Source: a virus | Direction: 5' to 3' (one strand) | Length of the DNA stretch: 64,000 nt | IMG/VR virus record: IMGVR_UViG_3300000114_000743 | Part shown: positions 59,458 to 64,000 of the stretch, piece by piece | Layout: the number at the start of each line of letters is the position of its first letter | Numbering within the stretch: the first letter of the stretch is position 1 | The notes under the pieces: model-generated | The model's database searches: none | Seen by the model: only the letters and a program-made list of their open reading frames with translations | Told to the model about the DNA's origin: nothing | Made by a program: the position numbers and the translations under genes

Positions 59458-59913
59458 ATGGCGGATTTTGATAACAACAGATTCCAAAGTAAAAATCAAG
59501 AATACGCTACGCCGACAGATTTATTCAAAGTTTTAAATAATGAGTTTCATTTCACAATGGATGTTTGCGCCGACGAAAACAACAAAAAGGTTGACACATA
59601 TTTTTCAGAACAGGAAAATGCCTTGATTCAAGACTGGAAGGGCGTCTGTTGGATGAACCCTCCATATAAAAACATGAAAAAGTGGGTCATAAAAGCCTAC
59701 GAAGAAAGTATAAAACACAATTCAACCGTCGTTTGTCTTATACCTGCAAGGACGAACACGTTATGGTGGTATGACTACTGCATGAAAGGTGAAATAAGAT
59801 TCATTAAAGGCAGACCGAAATTTGATGGCTGTATACACGGGTTGCCGCAACCATTAGCGATTGTAGTGTTTGGTGACAGATACAAAGGAAATTACAAGGC
59901 GGTGAACTTTTAA
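59458..59913 (+). CDS. Phage N6-adenine DNA methyltransferase (lambda-like Dam family)
   Basis: YATP, DVCA, WMNPPY, LIPARTNT.WW. Confidence 0.9.
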   Translation: MADFDNNRFQSKNQEYATPTDLFKVLNNEFHFTMDVCADENNKKVDTYFSEQENALIQDWKGVCWMNPPYKNMKKWVIKAYEESIKHNSTVVCLIPARTNTLWWYDYCMKGEIRFIKGRPKFDGCIHGLPQPLAIVVFGDRYKGNYKAVNF

Positions 59914-59947
59914 GAAAACATAAAAACAATTCAAAAAAACGAGCGAG

Positions 59948-60586
59948 GTGACAAATGTAAATAGCACATTATTAATAGATGAATATGTAGTTTATATACA
60001 CACAAACATAACAAACAATAAAAAATATATTGGAATAACATCATACGAAAACCCTAAAAGAAGATGGAAGGGTGGAAGCGGATATAAAAATCAACCATAT
60101 TTTTACAATGCTATAAAGAAATATGGTTGGGATAATTTTATTAATGAAATAATTGACAAAGGACTTTCTAAAAATGAAGCAGAATCAATGGAAATAGAAT
60201 TAATATCAAAATATAACACTACAAATAAAGAATTTGGCTACAATTTGTCAAACGGCGGAGCTAAATATGGCAAGCATAGCGATGAAACTAAAATGAAAAT
60301 AAGCATGATTCGTAAAGGCATTATATTTAGTGACGAACATAGAAAAAATCTAAGTAAAGCACATAAAAATATTATTCAAACACCAGAACAAAACTATAAG
60401 AATATGATGAGTAATCCAAGAAGAAAACCAGTAATTTGCGTGGAAACACAAATGGTTTATGCAAGTATAAGGGATGCTGGCAGAAACACTAATATTAGTT
60501 TTAAGCTAATAGCCGCAATATGTAATAAAAAATATGGTCGTAAAACTGCTGGCGGTTATCATTGGAAATATTATATGAAGGGGTAG
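59948..60586 (+). CDS. Free-standing GIY-YIG homing endonuclease with NUMOD repeats
   Basis: VVYIH....KKYIGIT, HSDETKMKIS, PVICVET...YASIRDA. Confidence 0.88.
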   Translation: MTNVNSTLLIDEYVVYIHTNITNNKKYIGITSYENPKRRWKGGSGYKNQPYFYNAIKKYGWDNFINEIIDKGLSKNEAESMEIELISKYNTTNKEFGYNLSNGGAKYGKHSDETKMKISMIRKGIIFSDEHRKNLSKAHKNIIQTPEQNYKNMMSNPRRKPVICVETQMVYASIRDAGRNTNISFKLIAAICNKKYGRKTAGGYHWKYYMKG

Positions 60587-60589
60587 TGA

Positions 60590-61615
60590 ATGACACTATA
60601 TAGCAATGAGATAGTATTTAGAGGACACCCCGATCGTGTCTGCGACCAAATATCCGCCTCTCTGCTTCGCGCCTATATGGACGGCGATTCAAACACCCGC
60701 GCCGGAATCGAAGTCTGCGGAGGCAAGAAAAGAATCTTTATAACCGGCGAAGTCACAAGCAAAGCAATAGTTGATGTTGGACAAATTACGAAAAGAGTGT
60801 TGCGCGACATCGGATATTCGACCGAATACGAAATCATTAACAATTTGGGATTGCAAAGCCCAGACATCTCGAAAGGTGTAGATATAGGCGGTGCCGGAGA
60901 TAACGGCATGATGTTTGGATATGCCTGTAATGACACAGCGGAATTATTGCCGACAGCAATGGTGATATTACAGCGATTTGCCGAGGATTACGAGCATTTG
61001 CGAAAATACAACAGCAACTTTCTTCCCGATGGAAAAGCGCAGATAACCGGATATTACGATGACGATTTTAAACTTATTAAGATAAAAGATTTTACAATAT
61101 GTTATCAAAACTTAGAAATCTGCCGTGACATGACTGACAAAATCTTGAAGGATAACGCAAAATTCATTTGTGATGATTACGGTATTGAAATTGAAAACTT
61201 TAATATAAATCCAACCGGTAAATTTTTAATAGGCGGGTTCGAGGGGGATTCCGGGCTTACGGGCAGGAAGATTGTTGTAGACGCTTATCAGTCATTTGCG
61301 AATGTCGGCGGCGGATGTATGAACGGAAAAGATCCATCGAAAGTTGATTTCAGCGGCGCGTATAAAGCAAGACAAATAGCTTGCACATATCTGAAACAAA
61401 GAGATTTGAAGTGGTGTGAAGTTCAATTAAGCTATTCAATCGGATTGAAACGACCTATGGCTGTTTACATTAACAGCGATATTGGGAGTATAAAGCCACT
61501 CCCAACATTATTCATTGATTGTGAACCGTCAAACATAATTTGTGATCTTGATTTGAAACGCCTGAATTTTGAGGAACAAGCTAAATTTGGACATTTTAGA
61601 AAAGCATTTCAATAA
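60590..61615 (+). CDS. metK: S-adenosylmethionine synthetase
   Basis: GHPDRVCDQIS, GAGDNGMMFGYA, PDGKAQIT, GLTGRKIVVDAY, GKDPSKVD. Confidence 0.95.
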   Translation: MTLYSNEIVFRGHPDRVCDQISASLLRAYMDGDSNTRAGIEVCGGKKRIFITGEVTSKAIVDVGQITKRVLRDIGYSTEYEIINNLGLQSPDISKGVDIGGAGDNGMMFGYACNDTAELLPTAMVILQRFAEDYEHLRKYNSNFLPDGKAQITGYYDDDFKLIKIKDFTICYQNLEICRDMTDKILKDNAKFICDDYGIEIENFNINPTGKFLIGGFEGDSGLTGRKIVVDAYQSFANVGGGCMNGKDPSKVDFSGAYKARQIACTYLKQRDLKWCEVQLSYSIGLKRPMAVYINSDIGSIKPLPTLFIDCEPSNIICDLDLKRLNFEEQAKFGHFRKAFQ

Positions 61616-61658
61616 TAGAAATCTGCATAACAAAATACATTATGGAGTGTGATACTGA

Positions 61659-64000
61659 TTGAAATTAGGAAGTTTGTTTTCAGGTAGCGGAACGTGTGAA
61701 CTTGCGGCAACCTTATGCGGAATAGAACCTGTATGGGCTTCGGAAATCGAAAAGTTCCCTATTGAAGTAACTACAAAGCGTTTCCCGAACATGAAGCATT
61801 TAGGTGATATAACAAAAATAAGCGGCGCAGAAATTGAACCTGTAGATATTATAAGTGGAGGCTCACCTTGCCAAGATGTCAGCGTGGCTGGTAAAAGAGG
61901 GGGGTTAAATGCCGAGCGTTCCGGGTTGTTTTTTGAGTATATAAGAATAGTCAAGGAAATGCTGGAAGCAACTAATGGCGAATACCCAAAAATCATTTTA
62001 TTTGAAAATGTCCCCGGATTGTTAAGCAGCAATAAAGGTGCAGATTATATGACGGTTCTCAGTGAATTTCAAAATTTAGGATTCATACCTGACCCCGGTA
62101 TATTCGATGCACAATTTATGGGTGTTCCGCAAAGAAGGAAGAGAGTGTTTATAGTTTGCGTAAATGGGAGCACTTTTCAAGTGAGGAAGACGAATACATC
62201 ACTAACAATATCAATGGAAATTCTTGTGCAAATATTGCAAGGGCTTTGGGTAGACATGAAGGAAGTATTATCAAAAGAGCCGGAAAACTTAGAGCAAGGA
62301 ATAAAAATAGAACCATCAGACACTTTACTGACGAAGAGGATGCTTTCATTAGAGAAAACGTTGGGAAAAGACGTATGGCTTATATTGCAAAAGAGCTTGA
62401 AAGAACAAACGGAACAGTTAGGGATAGAGCAATTCGTCAACTCGGATTTACTAAAGATGAACTTAGATATAACGGTGGCGCAGAAGTTTGGTCATCAAAA
62501 AACGGATATTCAAGAACAACAAGAATCGTTGATGGACAACGAAAAGAAGTGTTTTTGCATAGAGAAATTGCTTCGCAAAAATATGGACGAGATTTACGAA
62601 ATGGCGAAATCGTCCATCACGCAGATTTGGACAAGGGAAACAATGAAGAAAAAAATCTGTTTGTATGCAGAAACAATGCTCAACATCGCAGAGTACATAA
62701 GTCACTCACCCCAATTATTACAAAATTGTTCAAACGGAATATTATTAAGTTTAATTTTGATGAAGGAGTTTACGAATTATGCGAATAAACGATTGCTTAA
62801 AGCAAATGGAATCATGGGAAGGGATTTGGATTTCAAATCTTTATCCGAAAGAATTTCAACCAATAGAATCGAGATTGAGCGGAATATTAGAAATGAATGT
62901 GCCGGAGAAATTTTATTTAAGCCAGAAAGCGTGTACGGGAATTTTACGCAGAGCGACGAATCGGAGGAAGGAATTACCGAGAATACTGAAAGAAGCTCTT
63001 ATGCGGCAAGCGGGTATGACGGATTCAACTTCGCTCTCACGGGCGACACAAGTTTTATCGTTGGAGTAAATTGTGGTTTGTCAACCGGCAAAAACGGTAT
63101 CATTGAAAAAAACATGAAAAAGACAGCCGGTGGCAATGATACATCTGCAACATTGTGTTCTGCTTACGGAACAAAATGGAACGGCAATGCAGGCGCATAC
63201 AACGGCGATAATTTTGTTTTGGATGAAGCAAATGAAGACGTGATTTGTGTTGCGACACAACAAACCAACGCCGAAATTATGGTCGATAAATGCCCCACAA
63301 TTACCAAAGCCGCAGGAACGAGCGGAAACAACAAGCCTTTCGTCTGTTTACCCGAAAATCTCAGTTATGGCGTAGTTTCTAAAGGAAACGGCGAAGCCTT
63401 TTTAACGAAAGAACGACATATGAGTTTATCGGTAGGTGGTGGTCAGGCAGGACAAGGCTATCCGTGCGTATTAACCGAAGAAGTAGATGGAATCGGAATA
63501 AGCGGTCAAATCGCCGTTACTCTCGATGCAAATTCTTATAAAGGTTGCGATGTACGAGGAGGGATTGAACGCGAAGTTGTATTAACAGCGGGATTTATCG
63601 GGGGACAAGGAGCTAAAGCCGGAAGTATTGGATATGCGGAAGAGCAATCCCCAACGCTTCGTTCAGAGCAAGATGTTCATGTTGTTACATATGATACTTT
63701 GGCAATTCACCAAAACGCAGATGGAGAAGTTAGAGAAAGCGAAGTAGCATATGCAATCAATACAAACAGTAATGCAAGCGGAAGAAATGTGCCGCTGGTG
63801 TATTCCTTTGATTCATTGTCATCAAATTCAATGAAATCACAAAATTCAAATTCCGGGTGCAGGGAAGTTGATGTCGCAAAAACGATTGATACAAGTTCAC
63901 AAGACCCGTCTAAAAATCAAGGTGGTATCGCGGTTGTGTATGGAATAGCGACAAAACAATTTTCTCAAAATATTATTGAGAATGTATCACCGCCAATTAT
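61659..64000 (+). CDS. Long C5-cytosine DNA methyltransferase (alpha frame), runs off window
   Basis: Manual translation: LGSLFSGSG, GGSPCQD, ENVPG, GVPQRRKRVF, CAGEILFKPES, then TL-type variable modules; no stop codon in 780 codons. Confidence 0.92.
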   Translation, partial: MKLGSLFSGSGTCELAATLCGIEPVWASEIEKFPIEVTTKRFPNMKHLGDITKISGAEIEPVDIISGGSPCQDVSVAGKRGGLNAERSGLFFEYIRIVKEMLEATNGEYPKIILFENVPGLLSSNKGADYMTVLSEFQNLGFIPDPGIFDAQFMGVPQRRKRVFIVCVNGSTFQVRKTNTSLTISMEILVQILQGLWVDMKEVLSKEPENLEQGIKIEPSDTLLTKRMLSLEKTLGKDVWLILQKSLKEQTEQLGIEQFVNSDLLKMNLDITVAQKFGHQKTDIQEQQESLMDNEKKCFCIEKLLRKNMDEIYEMAKSSITQIWTRETMKKKICLYAETMLNIAEYISHSPQLLQNCSNGILLSLILMKEFTNYANKRLLKANGIMGRDLDFKSLSERISTNRIEIERNIRNECAGEILFKPESVYGNFTQSDESEEGITENTERSSYAASGYDGFNFALTGDTSFIVGVNCGLSTGKNGIIEKNMKKTAGGNDTSATLCSAYGTKWNGNAGAYNGDNFVLDEANEDVICVATQQTNAEIMVDKCPTITKAAGTSGNNKPFVCLPENLSYGVVSKGNGEAFLTKERHMSLSVGGGQAGQGYPCVLTEEVDGIGISGQIAVTLDANSYKGCDVRGGIEREVVLTAGFIGGQGAKAGSIGYAEEQSPTLRSEQDVHVVTYDTLAIHQNADGEVRESEVAYAINTNSNASGRNVPLVYSFDSLSSNSMKSQNSNSGCREVDVAKTIDTSSQDPSKNQGGIAVVYGIATKQFSQNIIENVSPPI
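62156..62788 (+). CDS. Nested HNH endonuclease with two Myb/SANT-like repeats (frame +2 of the MTase)
   Basis: FSSEEDEYI / FTDEEDAFI repeats; LHRE.A...GR.L...EIVHH.D.DK.NN...NL....QH..VH. Confidence 0.85.
   Translation: MRKWEHFSSEEDEYITNNINGNSCANIARALGRHEGSIIKRAGKLRARNKNRTIRHFTDEEDAFIRENVGKRRMAYIAKELERTNGTVRDRAIRQLGFTKDELRYNGGAEVWSSKNGYSRTTRIVDGQRKEVFLHREIASQKYGRDLRNGEIVHHADLDKGNNEEKNLFVCRNNAQHRRVHKSLTPIITKLFKRNIIKFNFDEGVYELCE
62779..63069 (+). CDS. Nested EcoHK31I-beta-like MTase polypeptide (frame +1 of the MTase)
   Basis: ESRLSGILEMNVPEKFYLSQKACTGILRRA...KELP.ILKEAL; AAGGAG RBS 9 nt upstream. Confidence 0.75.
   Translation: MRINDCLKQMESWEGIWISNLYPKEFQPIESRLSGILEMNVPEKFYLSQKACTGILRRATNRRKELPRILKEALMRQAGMTDSTSLSRATQVLSLE

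Larger units (their letters stand above)
1..64000. mobile_element. SPbeta-like large temperate phage/prophage segment
   Basis: Gene order RNAP(YonO)-HU-YonK-phosphoesterase-terminase-portal-protease-decoration-capsid and AAA-helicase-primase-RecJ-DnaE-MTases mirrors Bacillus phage SPbeta as I recall it; no ends or att sites visible. Confidence 0.9.

Noticed and set aside
59914-60589. Group I intron around the GIY-YIG gene
   Set aside because: Flanking genes are complete and the spacers are too short for an intron core
55983-63069. Type II restriction-modification system
   Set aside because: The only nucleases present have homing-endonuclease architecture (GIY-YIG+NUMOD, HNH+HTH repeats)
1-64000. 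CRISPR array, tRNA or rRNA genes
   Set aside because: No regularly spaced repeat-spacer array, tRNA T-loop signature or rRNA-like sequence found by eye; tRNAscan/Infernal would be decisive

Overview
The whole window looks like part of a large SPbeta-like (Firmicutes/clostridial host) temperate phage genome; no host housekeeping genes were seen. The minus strand of 1-24.6 kb carries the head and packaging module (YonA-like, major capsid, decoration, protease/scaffold, portal, terminase, phosphoesterase, YonK) and a YonO-like single-subunit RNA polymerase. This module is interrupted by two inverted morons, and by an ~8 kb secreted-protein cargo (dockerin/cohesin protein, two paralogous membrane proteins, giant lipase-LRR protein) lying between a resolvase and a decayed HU gene. 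The plus strand of 25-64 kb carries early accessory genes, FtsK, an Sro/MrpR-like module (tyrosine recombinase, DUF262, degenerate recombinase), a CI/Cro switch, a complete replisome, and a cluster of seven DNA methyltransferases with a SAM synthetase. Top observation: the last C5-methyltransferase gene (61659 to beyond the window, absent from the ORF track) stays open while two other real proteins are nested inside it in the other two plus-strand frames, an HNH endonuclease and an EcoHK31I-beta-like polypeptide. Also notable is a dispersed TATAAC-N4-TATAAC motif placed next to ribosome-binding sites. All family assignments come from motif recognition and recall, not from database searches.
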